Assembly: GCF_004010195.1 (NCBI RefSeq)
Contig: NC_057720.1
Location: 7,429,117-7,493,116 of the forward strand
Length of the DNA stretch: 64,000 nt
Direction of reading: 5' to 3'
Source of the DNA: Chiloscyllium plagiosum
Taxonomy: Eukaryota
In this document: one piece after another, positions 12,035 through 24,829 of the stretch
Numbering within the stretch: the stretch's first letter is position 1
Layout: every line of letters begins with the position of its first letter
The notes under the pieces: model-generated
What the model was told of the DNA's origin: nothing
What the model saw: the letters and a program-made list of their open reading frames with translations, nothing else
Databases searched by the model: none
Program-made: the position numbers and the translations under genes

Positions 12035-12555
12035 TTAGAGTCATAAAGTCATAGAGTTGTACAGCACGGACACAGAACCTTCAGTCCAAATCATCCATGC
12101 TGACCTATAACCTAAATCAATCTAGTCCCATTTGCCAGCATTTGGCCCATATCCCCCTCACCCCTTCCTGTTCATGTACACATTTCAACCTCATCTCTAC
12201 ATTCCTTCATATCTATCCCCTGATACTCTTCCACCACCTCCCTCGGTGAACAAGAATCTATTGTCCCTCTGCCCTAAAACTATTGAAAGATTCCGCACCC
12301 ACTGCCTTTTAAGGTAGGGAATCCCAAAGACTCAAGAACCTCTCACAGAAAAAAAAGTCTCTCATCTTAAATGTGAACTCTTAATTTTAAACAATGATTC
12401 TAGTTCTAGATTCTCCCATAAGCGGAAATATCTGTTCAACATCTGCCTGGTCAAGTCCCCTCAGGATCGCACATGTTTCAATTCAGTCGTCTCTGACTCT
12501 TCTGAACTCCAGTCTGTCATAAGACAATCCACTCATTCAAGATGATTAGCTATCC
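12035..12555 (-). mobile_element. CR1-clade LINE 3' fragments (two subfamilies adjoining)
   Basis: agagtcata..gtacagcacggacacaga..ccttc...ctagtcccatttgccagcatttggcccatatcc; followed by ctagttctagattctccca..ggaaata. Confidence 0.7.
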
Positions 12556-13689
12556 TTAGTGCAGAGGTTTTACATTCTGGTCAGATGTCCAGGCAAAAAA
12601 GGAGAAAGACAGGACTGCAGCATTGCAGCAAGCACTGAGAATATAGTCCAGAGGTAACCTTTGGTTATGGTCCTTGAATCCAACAATTTTCTTAGAAAAA
12701 TTTTTACAAGGAAGAAGGGACCTCCCAGTATTATTGCCCGGTGCTGGCAGATTTAAGTACCATTTGAAGATATATTCATGGTTATAATTCTTCTCCACTA
12801 TCATGGTCGTTCATTCGGACATGAGGTGAAATGGTGTTCTGTGCACTGCAGCTCGGAATAGTGAACTTGGGAATGTCCACTAGATAGAGCAAGGCATGAC
12901 CAGGCTGACAGCTAGAACAGTGAAACTCACTAATACCTGGCCTGAAGCACTTCAAATACAACTGTGGGGGGTTGTACAGTGCACCTTGAATACACTCCAG
13001 GTAGTTCACAAACTTCGACTGTGAGTCACACAGAGATACGAGGAGAGGTGATCAAAGATGGAGGCGTTAAGGACCATCTTGAAAGGAGGACAGGGAGCAG
13101 AGAGGAGAGGGGTTTTGGGAAAAAAACTCCAGAGCTTAGAACTTGGTATATGAAGGCAGGGTCACCAATGACAGAGCAACTAAAATCAGGGGTGTGCAAG
13201 AGGCAAGAATTGGAGGAGTGCAGATATCTTGGATGGCCGGGCTGGAGGAGATTACAGATAGATAGGTTTTGGAATTTAAAAACAGAGGCACTGCCAGACT
13301 GGGAAGCCAATGTAGGTGAGTGAGCACAGTGGAGTGGGGTAAACACAGCTCAGTACGAGTCAGGCTACACAGGTTTGGATGGAGATTGTGAAGTTGGAGA
13401 CCTCTATCCTTCCTGCATAGCCTCAGATCTTCCCACATTGTATTATACCTGCTATGTTCACCTCTTGATATCCCTCTGCAGACTCTTTGTCTCATCCTCA
13501 CCACTTGCTTCCGAACTATTTTGTGACATCCACAAACCTGGTGATAGTTCACTCATTTCCTTTATCCAAGGCGTGGGTTATGGTTTTGTCTGAAAGTTGT
13601 GCCACTTTGGAACTGACTGCCTCAGATTAGAAGGCAGAAAATGAAAAAGGGAAGAAAAACTAGCAAACTATATGAGAGGGAATAACAAA

Positions 13690-13940
13690 ACCACGGTGAC
13701 ACAGTGGTTAGCACTGCTGCCTCACAGCACCAGGGACCCAGGTTCAATTCCAGCCTCAGGTGACTGACTGTGTGGAGTTTGCACATTCTCCCCGTGTCTG
13801 CGAGGGTTTCCTCCCACAGTCCAAAAATGTGCAGGTCAGGTGGTAGTGTTAGGTGAAGGAGTAAATGTATGAGAATGGGTCTGGGTGAGTGTGGACTTGT
13901 TGGGCCAAAGGGCCTGTTTCCACACTGTAAGTAATCTAAA
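13690..13940 (+). mobile_element. HE1-type V-SINE with internal deletions
   Basis: cacggtgacacagtggttagcactgctgcctcacagcaccagggacccaggttcaattcc...ctgtgtggagtttgcacattctccccgtg...gggcctgtttccacactgtaagtaatcta. Confidence 0.9.
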
Positions 13941-14854
13941 TGTAAATCAAAGAAGGTGGAATGAATCAGAGGTGAAGTTAGTTCAATTAATGAAAGAGAT
14001 ATTACATTTTAATGAGTATTTTTTAAGGTGGATGTAGAATGATGCCCTTGCCGAACAAGAATCAAGAGTTATCGGGAGGAGATAGGAATGGGAAATTCAA
14101 AACAAACAGATTGGCTGTGATCTTGATGAACAGCAGAGCAGGTTGGAAGGGCTGAATAGTCTACTTCTGCTCCTATTTTATAGGTTTGTATTAAAGACTG
14201 TGTGCTAAATTGCCTGGGGTCTGAGCTCTAGAATGCTTTCCCTAAATCTCTCTGACTTTCTACCCCTCTTTCCCCGACCTTCCTCACCCTGAATAATGTG
14301 GCTCAGAGCATAATTTAACTTGAAAGTGCTCTGTGGAAACACCCTGGGACCTTTTGCTACATAAAGGCAGAACATAAGTTGTTGTTGAGGTGGATTGGCT
14401 TGCTCTAGCCCTGCTGTAAAAGATGCAGCATTGGTAAATACTGAGTCCCAAACAGGAGAATGTTACCTCAAAAGCACTTTGTTCACAAAAATTTATGAAC
14501 CTGCTTTTGCTGAACCACCAGTTTCACGGCATTCAAACAGTGACAGAATAAACTGAAGGGCAGGAAGCCACAGGATCAAGCAGGGTATTATCTATAACCA
14601 AGGGACTAACCCTTCAAAAGAGGAACATGCATTCATTCACAAGCTGGGTTCCTCGACACAGAAACCACTATTATTCTGATTTGAAAGCAGACCTTGCACA
14701 CAATGTGGCATTGTCCCTCCTAGCAGACAACCGTTCAATCTGAGCAGAATTTAAACAAAGATACGGGAGCTGGTAGCCCCACACCACCTCCCGCTCACAG
14801 CGCAGGTCCGGCTAAAACAATTGTTTCTCTTTTAAACAAAAGAGGATCAGCCGT

Positions 14855-15620
14855 GACTCAGTGTGTCCAACTGTCGTCCTAGCTCTGCCAGGTTAACTCC
14901 ACTGTCTGGATTGATTCTGCTCACAGTTGGAAGGGAGTGCTGCACTGGCAGAAGCTCTGCTTTACAACTGAGGCATTAAACCAAGAGCACAAGCGATCCC
15001 TGAACAGCATTTCGGAAATAGGCAGTGGAGGAGAGCCCTCTCCAGGGTCTGGGCCAACACTTAGAACATAGAATACAGAACTCTTATCCTACTCTAAGAT
15101 CAAACTAACCTAAATACCCTTCATTTTGCTATTATCCATTTGCCTATCCAAGAGTCGCTTAAATGTCCCTAATGTCTCTGAGTCTACTATTACCGCTGGC
15201 AGTGCATTCCACACACACCCACCACTCTGACTTTCTGTGTAAAGAACCTAGCTCTGACATCTCCCCTAAACCTTCCTCTAATTACCTTAAAATTATGCCT
15301 CCTCTGGATAGCCACTTCTGTCCTGGGGAAAAAAAAATCTGACTATTCACTCTATCTATGCCTCCCATCATCTCGGACACCTCTATCAAGTAGCATCTCA
15401 CCCTTTGCTCCAACAAGAAAAGCCTTAGCTCCCTGAACCTTTGTCCATAAGACATGCCCTCAGATCACAACCAGCATCACCAAAGCAGGTCATTTATTGG
15501 ATTACTGTTTATGGGAGCTTGCTGTGCACACATAGGCTGCTATAATTTTCCTCATGGCAGCACCACTTCACAAGTGCTTCACGTTGGTTGATGCCTACTC
15601 GACATCAAGTGCATTACACT
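14855..15620 (+). mobile_element. DeuSINE-like relic split by a minus-strand CR1 insertion (15062-15460)
   Basis: gggagtgctgcactg..gaag...cattaaaccaagag...ctctccagggtctgggccaaca and, after the insert, attactgtttatgggagcttgctgtgcacacataggctgc; similar to 62690-63445. Confidence 0.5.
15062..15460 (-). mobile_element. CR1 LINE 3' fragment (agaacat-tail subfamily)
   Basis: agaacatagaa...ctggcagtgcattccaca...accactct...aaagaaccta..tctgacatctcccct. Confidence 0.8.
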
Positions 15621-16767
15621 TATATCAGGTATGAGGAGCCTCAGGTGCCTGCAGTCACGTTTCAATGTTATTTCACATTTTGCTACACTTGCAGCCAACT
15701 CAATTCCGTAAATTCACACAGGTGGCTCCATATCGGAGCACCTGCTCTTGTCAAACACTGTTATCACTTAGATGGGGAAGGGGGAAGGAAGCTGACAGCT
15801 GCAATACACCGTTCTCCACAGCGCAATGCACGCTCCCTGCTAGGGGAGTCATTAAGCCCTCTTACTTAGCAGAAAGAGGATTAGCGAATTGTTCCAAACT
15901 GCGGGGGTGCCATGTTAACACTAACTAACAGGCTTGCGATTGTGTACAGTTACCAGCAAAGCCCTTTCCCTGTTTGCTACGGGCTGCAGTGAACAGAACC
16001 TTGAATTGAGATGCGCAGCGAGGAAAATGAAACGGCCAAAAAGAGAAGAGCAGAGCTCGCAGGCCACAAGGAGTGCATGCAAAACAACTGTCTCCACTGA
16101 CAGGATGGTCAGTAGAAAAAGGGTAAAGATCTAAGATGATTGACGGAAGAACCAGGGACAATATTGAGAGCTTTTGTTTTAAAGAGCAGAGCAAGTTGCT
16201 GCCTTCTGAAATGCACTGACTGAAAGGGAAGTGGAAAGAGATTAAATAGTAAGAGAATTGCAAACAGATCTGTAATATTGTAGAGCTCTGTGCTGAGAGC
16301 AGAGGCAAATTCGAGAGCTCTTCTGAAGGGCCAGCACAGCCAGGATGGGTTGATTGGTCTCCATCTGTGCTGTGTTATTTTATTCAACATTTCAATTTCC
16401 ATAAGCCCAATAAGTTGAACCCCATCTAGTATGGAATATGCCTGGTATAACTTGCTCCCTCAGCCTGCCTACGCTGTCTGGTTTGTATTACCACATGGCC
16501 AACTCTGTACTCCTGGAGATTTTCCCTCATGACCTTGGTCATCCATCCATCGAAAAGACCCGTCTTGTTTAAAAAAAAACCCCTTTTGTCTTCATTCCTG
16601 AGATATGGACATTGCTGGGAAGCCATTTATTGCTCAACACCCAACAGAAGTTGACAGTAAATTGCAGAGGCCATCAGGCCTGGGGACACCCAGAGTGCTG
16701 TGAGGAAAGTAGTTCAAGGACATGAACCCGTGGAGGAATAACAACATCATTCCGAGGAAGTTTGAGA

Positions 16768-16900
16768 TCTGAGGCAGGGTCACCAGACCTGAAACGTTAA
16801 CTTTGATTTCTCTCCACAGATGCTGCCAGACCTGCTGAGCTTTTCCAGCAACTTCTGTTTTTGTTTCTGATTTACAGCACCTGCAATTTGGTTTTTACTT
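16768..16900 (+). mobile_element. Penelope-like short element, family C, with mutated hammerhead
   Basis: CTGAGGC-A-GGGTC(ACCA)GACCT-GAAA-CGTT^AAC then ...gatgctgccagacctgctgagcttttccagcaacttctg. Confidence 0.78.
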
Positions 16901-17491
16901 TGAGACAAGTCAGAATGCTGTTTGATTAGGAGAGGGACCAGCACTGATCCCTTAAGTCTGATGCCTGTCTCCTTGTAGTTGGTAGGAGCCTGGGGGAGTC
17001 ACTGTGGTGTGTCTGGGAGACGTGCATTGGTGGTGGAGTGAGTGAATGCTTATGGGGTCGAATTGGATGCTAATCAAGTGGCTTACTTTGTCCTGGGAGA
17101 AGTGGATTTATTACAAAGGTTTAATGTATGTTTGAACAGAAAAAAAAGAGACAATTTTGCTTCCGTAAATGGATTATCTCAGCGGTATCCGAGTGATTAA
17201 CCTTCAATGAGTGAAGCCTCCATGGTGATTCTGTAAGGGTGGGGAAAACTGTCTGATTGTTATCCAACAGAGATGATACAACGCCTTCAATACAACTAGG
17301 TTTCAAAGAGATAAAGCTCTGAATATTTGCTTTCAAACTTTATTGCCTCTGCACCTTCATTCCATCCACGCTCTCCCTTCACAAAAATGACGAGGCATTT
17401 CTACAAGCGGTCATCGGGGGTCATGAAACAGAGGGCCAATGTATGATGATGTTAAAATTAACTCTGTACAAAGGGACACAGAGAAAAACCT

Positions 17492-18005
17492 AGTAAATAG
17501 GAGCAGGAGCAGTCCATCTGGCCCATCAAGGCTGCTCTGTCATTCAGTACAGTCACAGCTGATCATCTAACTCACTCCCTTGTTCTCAATTTCTCCCTAT
17601 GTCTTTTAGCCTGAAGAATTATAACTCCTTTTTGCAAACATTCATTGTTTGGCTTCAACCACTTTCTGTGGCACAGAATTCCACAGGGTTCACCATTCTC
17701 TGGGTGAAGCCCAAAATGGTTACCCTGTTTCCTAAGACTGTCACCCCCTGGTTCTTGACTCTGCGGTCATTAAGGAAATCCTTCCTTCATGTATCCTGTC
17801 TAGTCATGTTAGGGTTTGGGTTAGATTTCTTTGTAATGCCCCTCACTCTTCTAAACTCCAGTGAATATTGTCCTAACCTTGCCAGTCTCCCTTCATACGT
17901 TAGTCCTGCCATCCCAAGAATCAATCTAATCAACCTTTATTGCACTCCGCCCATGTACAATACTCCAGCTGCTGTCTCGTCAAGACCTTGCACAATTGCA
18001 GCAAA
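17492..18005 (-). mobile_element. CR1-clade LINE 3' fragment
   Basis: aaataggagcaggag...ggcacagaattccacagggttcaccattctctgggtgaag...cccctcactcttctaaactcca. Confidence 0.75.
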
Positions 18006-18064
18006 ATTGCTTTCATCGCTTTAGTTTGTCACTCACATCTTGTGGGATTGGCAGATTAAGCAAA

Positions 18065-18712
18065 GCTGTAATCAGGAAGGCTAATGGAATGTTGGCCCTT
18101 ATTTCAAAGGGTTTGGAATATAAGAGTCAGGAAGTCTTACTACCACTGTACTAGATGCTGGTGAGACCACATCTGCAGTATGTGAACAGTTTTGATCTCC
18201 TTATTTAAAGGAAACTATAATTTCATTGGACGCAATTCAGAGAAGAGTCACTAGGGTAGTTTCTGGTATGGAAGGAATGTCTTATGAGCAAAGGCCAAAC
18301 ACGATGCGACTCTCCTCCCTACAGTTGTGAAGAGACGTGGTCTCGTTGAAACATATAGGATTCTGAAGGGGCTTGACAGAGTCAATGCAGAGAGGGTGTT
18401 TCCCCTCATGGACCAGAGGGCATAGTCTCAGAATAAAGAGGCACCAATTGAAGACTGAGATGAGGAGGAATTCCTTCTCTCGGGGGGTTGAGAGTCTTTA
18501 CAGCTCCTTGTCACAGAGAGCTGTGGGGGCAGAGTCTTTGTGTATATTTAAGGCTGAGACAGAGAGATTCTTAATCAGTTGGGAAGTCAAGGGTTATGGG
18601 GAAAGGGCAGAAAAGTGGATGTGAGGAATGTTGGATCAGCCATGATCCTATTGAATGGCGGAGCAGAATCGAGAGGCTGAATGGCCTCCTCCTATTCCTA
18701 TTACTTATGGCC
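18065..18712 (+). mobile_element. CR1 LINE 3' ~650 bp (ORF2 C-terminus plus 3' UTR)
   Basis: aaggctaatggaatgttggccctt...ctggtgagaccacatctg; GHSLRIKRHQLKTEMRRNSFS; ends gaatggcctcctcctattcctattacttatg. Confidence 0.85.
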
Positions 18713-19396
18713 TTATGAACCAACCTGCTTCAGGAGATGGAGGGTTGGGCCTGTTAGCTTGAAGCATTTCACTGAACAATCACAAACTCCAGTAAATTAT
18801 CAAGAGGTGTGGTTGGATTCAGAGGATTATCAAGGTAGGATCCCTTTTATATATGGTATGTAAATATTCTGACATGATTAAACTGCAGCAACGATTGCAA
18901 TTTTTGCCAAGGGAACATTACCGAAGTTTTCTTTAAAAAATGTGTTATTCTACCTGAGCTTCCACAGACGTAGATAGAGAATTGGTACAAATAAAAAGGA
19001 ATGTTGGATTTTCATTGGAGTTTATTTTTGGATGTGGGGACTTTCATTTATCTTCAGCATTACGCCAATACAAATAACGGAACTGACAGCTTTTACCCAT
19101 CAGCAGGCTCCAATATGTCGCAATCTTTTCTCTTTAAAAACTGAAGGAATTAAGGTGACCCAATGGGAGGTCTTGAAAATTAAGAAGGGGTTGGAGGAAA
19201 GGAGGCAGAGAGAAAATAAGTCCACCGAAAAAGATCAAAACCTAACAGACCATATTCGTAAAAGATGACCATGCATGAATCCCACCACTAAAGCAGGAGA
19301 AACCTTTTCCTTTTGTCGGGAGAGATTTTGGAATGTCGAACTTACACAGCTGAGGCAATTATATGGATGCATTTCAGGGGAAGTGAGACAAAGTTG

Positions 19397-19712
19397 ATTA
19401 GATTAGATTCCCTACAGTGCAGGGACAGGCCCTTCGGCCCAACCAGTCCACACCGACCCTCCGAAGAGTAACCCACCCACTCCAATCTCCCTCTGACTAA
19501 TGCACCTAACACAATGGGTAATTTAGCATGGCCAATTCACCTGACCTGCACATCTTCGGACTGCGAGGAGGAAACCGGAGCACCCGGAGGAAACCCATGC
19601 AGACACAGGGGAGAATGTGCAAACTCCACGCAGACAGTCACCTGAGGCCAGAATCGAACTCGGGACCCTAGTGTTGTGAGGCAGTGCTAACCACTGAGCC
19701 ACCGTGCCACCC
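19397..19712 (-). mobile_element. HE1-type V-SINE
   Basis: Reverse complement of the HE1 head (gcagtgctaaccactgagccaccgtgcc), V-domain and (tctaa)n tail. Confidence 0.92.
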
Positions 19713-20659
19713 CAAAATTGGGGGGGGGGAGGGAAGGGAGGACATATTGATGAGCTTTGAAGAAACAGTGGGGGAGGAGGTTGGCATTGAACAGAAGGAA
19801 AGTTGGGTTCAATGGCCTGTTTCTGTACCATCTGCAAAGAAGATTTCAGGTGTGTGCCTGAAGAATAAAAGGTTAAATCTGGGGATTTTGTTTTGCTCCA
19901 GTGATTTGAATGCAGATCGGGCTGCCTAAACCCCGTGCTTAGTAATTTAAGTTAGACACATTAAATTGCAGGGGGCAGGGTTCAGCTCTGTTTATTCAAC
20001 ATACCAACTAAAGAAGCAGAAAGTATGAGAAAAATTGCACTGAGCAGTGAAAATGAATTTTTAACAACTTTGCAATTACATGTGCCGAACACAAAGGCAG
20101 AGTGCAGGGTTAGACAGGGCACAATGTCTTGTTAGCGTTTGATGAGAGAGAGCTATGGATTGCACTCAATTCGTTCCATGCTGCAGAATTTTATGTATAT
20201 CTGCAAAGTGTAATCCCCGAAGTATAATTGACGCGAGTAATATTCTCAGCGTGCGCTACAGAAATATCCTTTGTACAAGCTGCTGAAAAGCAGTAAGGTA
20301 ATTGGTTGGCCTGCTGTTCAGAACAACACCGAAACAAAGAATCTCCAAATTACCATGAAGCTGCTGAATAAGGATTCGGAGTGGAGGACCACAGTAATAT
20401 CAAGTGACCATTTGGCCACAGATCGCGCTGATGGACATACTCCAGACACCAAGGTTCAGCTGACACTCCTGTGCTGCGCTCTCAAGAGTGCGTTTTTTTG
20501 GGAAGTGATGTTCAACTGAGGCCCTATGGCTGGGAGTTACAGGTCCCACATCACGGGCACTTAGACTAAATATTTGTATCTTAGCTGGTATTACTAAGAA
20601 CACTATGCCTGCTCGAATGCTGCACTTCTCTCGAGCATTCTATCAACAAGAACGAAAGG

Positions 20660-21152
20660 CATATGAGCAAAGAAAGGGTTCAGAAAAGATTTATCAGGAT
20701 GTTGCCAGGGTTGGAGGATCTGAGCTACAGGGAGAGGCTGGACAGGCTGGGGCTGTTTTCCCTGGACTGTCGGAGGCTGAGGGGTGACCTTATAGAGGTT
20801 TATAAAATTACGAGGGACATTGATAGGTTAAATAGACAAGATCTTTTTCTGTGGGGTGGGCAACTCCAAAGCAGGAGGGCATAGGTTTAGGCTGAGAGAG
20901 GAAAGATTTAAAAGAGACTGGGGCCAACGTTTCCATGCAAAGGGTGGTGTGCTTATGCAATGAGCTGCAGAGGAAGTGGTGGAGGCTGGTACAATTACAA
21001 CACTTAAAAGGCATCTGGATGGATACATGATTAGGAAGGGTTTACAGGGATTTGGGCCAAATGCTTACAAATGGTACTGGATACTAGGTACCTGGTCAGC
21101 ATGGACGAGTTGGACCAAGGGGTCTGTTTCAATGCTGTGTATGATTATGACT
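20660..21152 (+). mobile_element. CR1 LINE 3' fragment
   Basis: ERVQKRFIRMLPGLEDLSYRERLDRLGLFSLDCRRLRGDLIEVYKI, the canonical CR1 ORF2 C-terminus. Confidence 0.92.
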
Positions 21153-21767
21153 CGAATTAGGCCACTCAGCCCATTGCCTCTGCTCTACTACTAAATGAGA
21201 CCATGGCTGATCTGGTAATTCTGAACCCCATTTTCCCTCCATAACCTGAGATTCCCTTATTGGTTAAAAATCTGTCCTGTATCAGCCTTGAAAATTACTT
21301 ACCAACCCAGCCTCAACGGTAAAGAATTCCACAGATTCACCATTTACTTACCAACCCAGCCTCAATGGTAAAGAATTCCACAGATTTACCACCCTCTGAG
21401 AGAAGAGATTCCTCCTCATCTCTGCTTTAACTATGTGGCGTCTTATTCTGAGGTGATGCGCTACACACACACACACAATCTCATATGTTTCAATGAGGTT
21501 GACTCTCATTCTTCTACACTCTTACGAGTACTGGCCCAACCTACTCGACCTCTCTTCATTAGACAGTCTCCAATGTTGGTGTGCATTGCCTGGAATAAGG
21601 GGCCAAAAACAGTCCCCCATTCTCTGCATGAGGGCTGGAGTAGAGTTTGATTTCACACACCTGTCAGGAGCCAAGACCAACAGAGAGTGTGACTTGGAAC
21701 AACAGTCATCAGGACCACACCAATTCCTCTACATCATGGATCCAGAGAAGCTGTGACGATGGTCATC

Positions 21768-22157
21768 ATGATTTGGAGATGCCGTTGTTAGACCAGGGCG
21801 TACCAAGTTAAAAATCAGATGGGAATAACTGCAGCTGCATGATGTCATCTGACTATTACCTCTTCATTTGTTTTTTGGTTTTAGAAGATCAAAGAGGGAC
21901 CAAAGTAGTGATTGCAAAATGGGCTTTTGCATAATACAGATGTTACACCCCTCGTCACAAAGTTAAAAATCACACAGCACCAGGTTATAGTCCAACAGGT
22001 TTAATTGGAAGCGCACTCGCTTTCGGAGCACAGCTCCTTCATCAGGTGGTTGTGATGGTGATGATCAGGTGATGAAGGAGCTGTGCTCCGAAAGCTAGTG
22101 TGCTTCCAATTAAACCTGTTGGACTATAACCTGGTGTTGTGTGATTTTTAACTTTGT
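21768..22157. mobile_element. Penelope-like inverted short element, family B, split by an inverted copy of flanking DNA
   Basis: atgatttggagatgcc...aagttaaaaatca at 21768-21817; element resumes at 21957 (acaaagttaaaaatcacac...) and forms inverted arms; minus-strand core CAC-CUGAUGA-A-GGAGC(UGU)GCUCC-GAAA-GCGA at 22014-22049. Confidence 0.85.
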
Positions 22158-22298
22158 GACGAGGGGTGTGACATCTGTATTATGCAAAAGCCCATTTTGC
22201 AATCACTACTTTGGTCCCTCTTTGATCTTCTAAAACCAAAAAACAAATGAAGAGGTAATAGTCAGATGACATCATGCAGCTGCAGTTATTCCCATCTG
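21816..22298. repeat. Long inverted repeat: 229-bp arms (21816-22044, 22070-22298), 25-nt loop, about 4 mismatches
   Basis: cagatgggaataactgcagctgcatgatgtcatctgac... vs ...gtcagatgacatcatgcagctgcagttattcccatctg. Confidence 0.97.
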
Positions 22299-22607
22299 CC
22301 TTTGCTGGAACAAAGATAATCTTACTGCATAAAACAAGCCCTCTGGGCTGGAATCACACCCTGTTAGTGGGATAGCGATTAAAACGTATCTACTTATACT
22401 CTGAAGCACCCAGACTGGAGGCAAATATAAAGTGGGTAATAAATTATCTGCGGAATGGGGTTAAACATTCTGGGAACTTCATCTGAAGGAATGGAAAGAG
22501 CTGAGTCACACTGAAGTATTAGCAGATAAGGAAACAAGGAGTTTGTAAATACACAAAAGCAGAGCTTTGTCATAGAGTCAGCAAAGACAGCTGTGTTTAT
22601 ATATTCA

Positions 22608-22831
22608 AGATCAGAGTGGTGCTGGAAAAGCACAGCAGGTCAGCCAGCATCGAGGAGCAGGAAAATCGACGTTTCAGGCGTACGCCGTTCATCAGGAATA
22701 AGGCCGGACGCCTTGGGGGGTCTCTCCACCTCGATTTTCCTGCTCCTCGGACGCTGCCTGACCTACTGTGCTTTTCCAGCACCACTCTAATCTTGACTGC
22801 AGCATCCAGCATCTGCAGTCCTCACTTTCGC
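22608..22831. mobile_element. Penelope-like inverted short element, family A, with minus-strand hammerhead at 22666-22699
   Basis: Arms gagtggtgctggaaaagcacag...aaaatcga / tcgattttcctg...ttccagcaccactc plus tail ccagcatctgcagtcctcactttc; core CUGAUGA-A-CGGC(GUAC)GCCU-GAAA-CGUC; imperfect TSD ctg..tttatata.t. Confidence 0.85.
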
Positions 22832-22924
22832 CTGCATTTATATACTGCCTAATCATGCCTCCCCACTATCCCCAAGTGCTCTAGTACAATAAACGGCCTT
22901 ACAATGGAGGGGTTGCTATTACAC

Positions 22925-23312
22925 AGGTAAAGGCATCCATTGACTCCATCTAGACCTCTCACTGTCATGGGAAAGTAGCCAACATCGTCATCAAAGACCC
23001 CTCCCATCCTGTCATATTCTGTTCCAACCTCTTCCGTCGGGCAGAAGAAACAAAAGCTTAAACGCACGGGACCCATAGATTCAAGAAAACTTATTTCCTG
23101 CTGTTGTGAGACTTCTGAATGGACCGCTCAAATTTTAAAATTCATGTTGATCTCGCTCTATGTGCACGTTCTCTGCAGCTGTAAGATTGTATTCCTCGCT
23201 CTGTTCTATTATCCTAAAGCACTTTGTATGGAATGATTTGCCTGTAATGCAAGCAAAACAAAACTTTTCACTGTAGCTTAGAACGTGCAATAAAAATAAA
23301 GAAAATAAAATC
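22925..23312 (+). mobile_element. Rex1/Babar-clade LINE 3' end
   Basis: Translates approximately ...IVIKDPSHPVIFCS/LFQPLPSGRRNKSLNARDP..FKK..FPAVVRLLN (frameshifted), typical of the Rex1 ORF C-terminus; ends in an aataaa-rich tail. Confidence 0.8.
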
Positions 23313-24100
23313 TAAAAGGCAGCAGATGCTGCTGCTGCCTCTCCGGCAGCCTCTGGCGGAGTTGATGGACCGAATGGCCTAATTCTGCCCTTATATCCTA
23401 CGGTCTTAGATACCTGTGACAAAGAGAATGGCCAGTGCTGGTAAAGTTTCATTGGCATTTGTGGAGAGAGAGAAAGAGAAAACCCAGAAGATTCTTCAAG
23501 AAAGTCCCATGGGATCTTTCATGCCAACATGAAGTCATGGCCCCTCCGATAAGACGTCACTACCAACAAACCCAGCCTCGAGGATGGGTCGGAGTGTGGT
23601 TCTTTTCCCAATCAGCCTGGCATTATCAATGGACAAGCTCTTCGTTCCAAATGAGGAGCATTAGAGCAATTCTCACTGTTAGCTAAAATGACTTATTAAT
23701 AAGCAGCAATGAGTAATTGTAGATAATGAAAATGTAGTTGCGGTTCAACATTTAGCTTCAGGTTCATTTGCAAATGAGCTCCCCTCAGAGATCTGAATTT
23801 TTGGTGTAATTTTAAATTTCACATTTTCGCCCCATCATATATATCTTGAAATGAGCTCTGTGAGATAGAGTGACACGGATCGTTTAATGAGCTCGAGTTA
23901 ATAAAATCGATGGAAGCAGCCTTTTTTTTTACAATTACAGTATCGTATTCCCCAAATACATTTGAAAGATATGGGAGAGAAAAAAATGAATCAAATCTCA
24001 CATTCATCTTCACGTTGCTGATCATCGGCGACAACAGGCCTGACTTGCTGCATAGCAACTGACTCACTTCAGTATATAATCCAACACACAAACAGGAGGT

Positions 24101-24346
24101 AAAAAAACAAAAGAACTGCTGATGCTGTAAATCAGAAACAAAAACAAAAGTTGCTGGAAAAACTCAGCAGGTCTGGCAGCATCCGTGGAGAGAAAGCAGA
24201 GTTAATATTTCAGGTCCGAGGACCCTCCCTCAGAACCCTTCCCACCAGTTCTGAGGGAGTGTCACCGGACCTGAAACATTAACTCTGATTTCTCTTCAGA
24301 GATTCTGCCAGACCTGCTGAGCTTTTCCAGCAACTTCTGTTTTTGT
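24101..24346. mobile_element. Penelope-like inverted short element, family C, with two degenerate hammerhead cores
   Basis: Arms gttgctggaaaaactcagcaggtctggcagcatc...ttcaggtcc..gaccctccctcagaac / gttctgagggagtgtcaccggacctgaaacattaactctg...ttttccagcaac. Confidence 0.82.
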
Positions 24347-24829
24347 CACGAATATACGAACTAGAGTTGGACAATTCAGTCCCTCGAGTCTGCTCCACCA
24401 TTTAACATGTTCATCTCAGCCTCAACTCCACTTTCCTGCCCACACCCATTACGCTTTAACCCATGTTAATTAAAAATTTGCCCATCTGCTCCTTATATTT
24501 AATCTATCTCCCAGCATCCACTGCACTCTGGGAAAGTGAATTCCACAGATTCATGACCCTCTGAGAGAAGTAATTCCTCTACATCTTTATATTAAACCAG
24601 TCACTCCTTACCGTGAAACTATGACCTTGCATTCTTGATTACCCCACAAGGATGAAATATTTGCTCCCTGTCTGCTTTGTTAATATCCCCTCTCACACCT
24701 TACACACTTTGTACCATTGAGTCCACTCCATTATTCAGCAAGAATGTGGTTGATGTGATAATCCTCAGCTTCCCCTCCCTGCCTTTTCCTAACACTCTTG
24801 ACCCTCCTACCAAATAAAAGTCTTTTGCA

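Noticed and set aside
21295..21392. ~50-bp tandem duplication inside a CR1 fragment
   Set aside because: Ordinary local slippage duplication in a decayed repeat.
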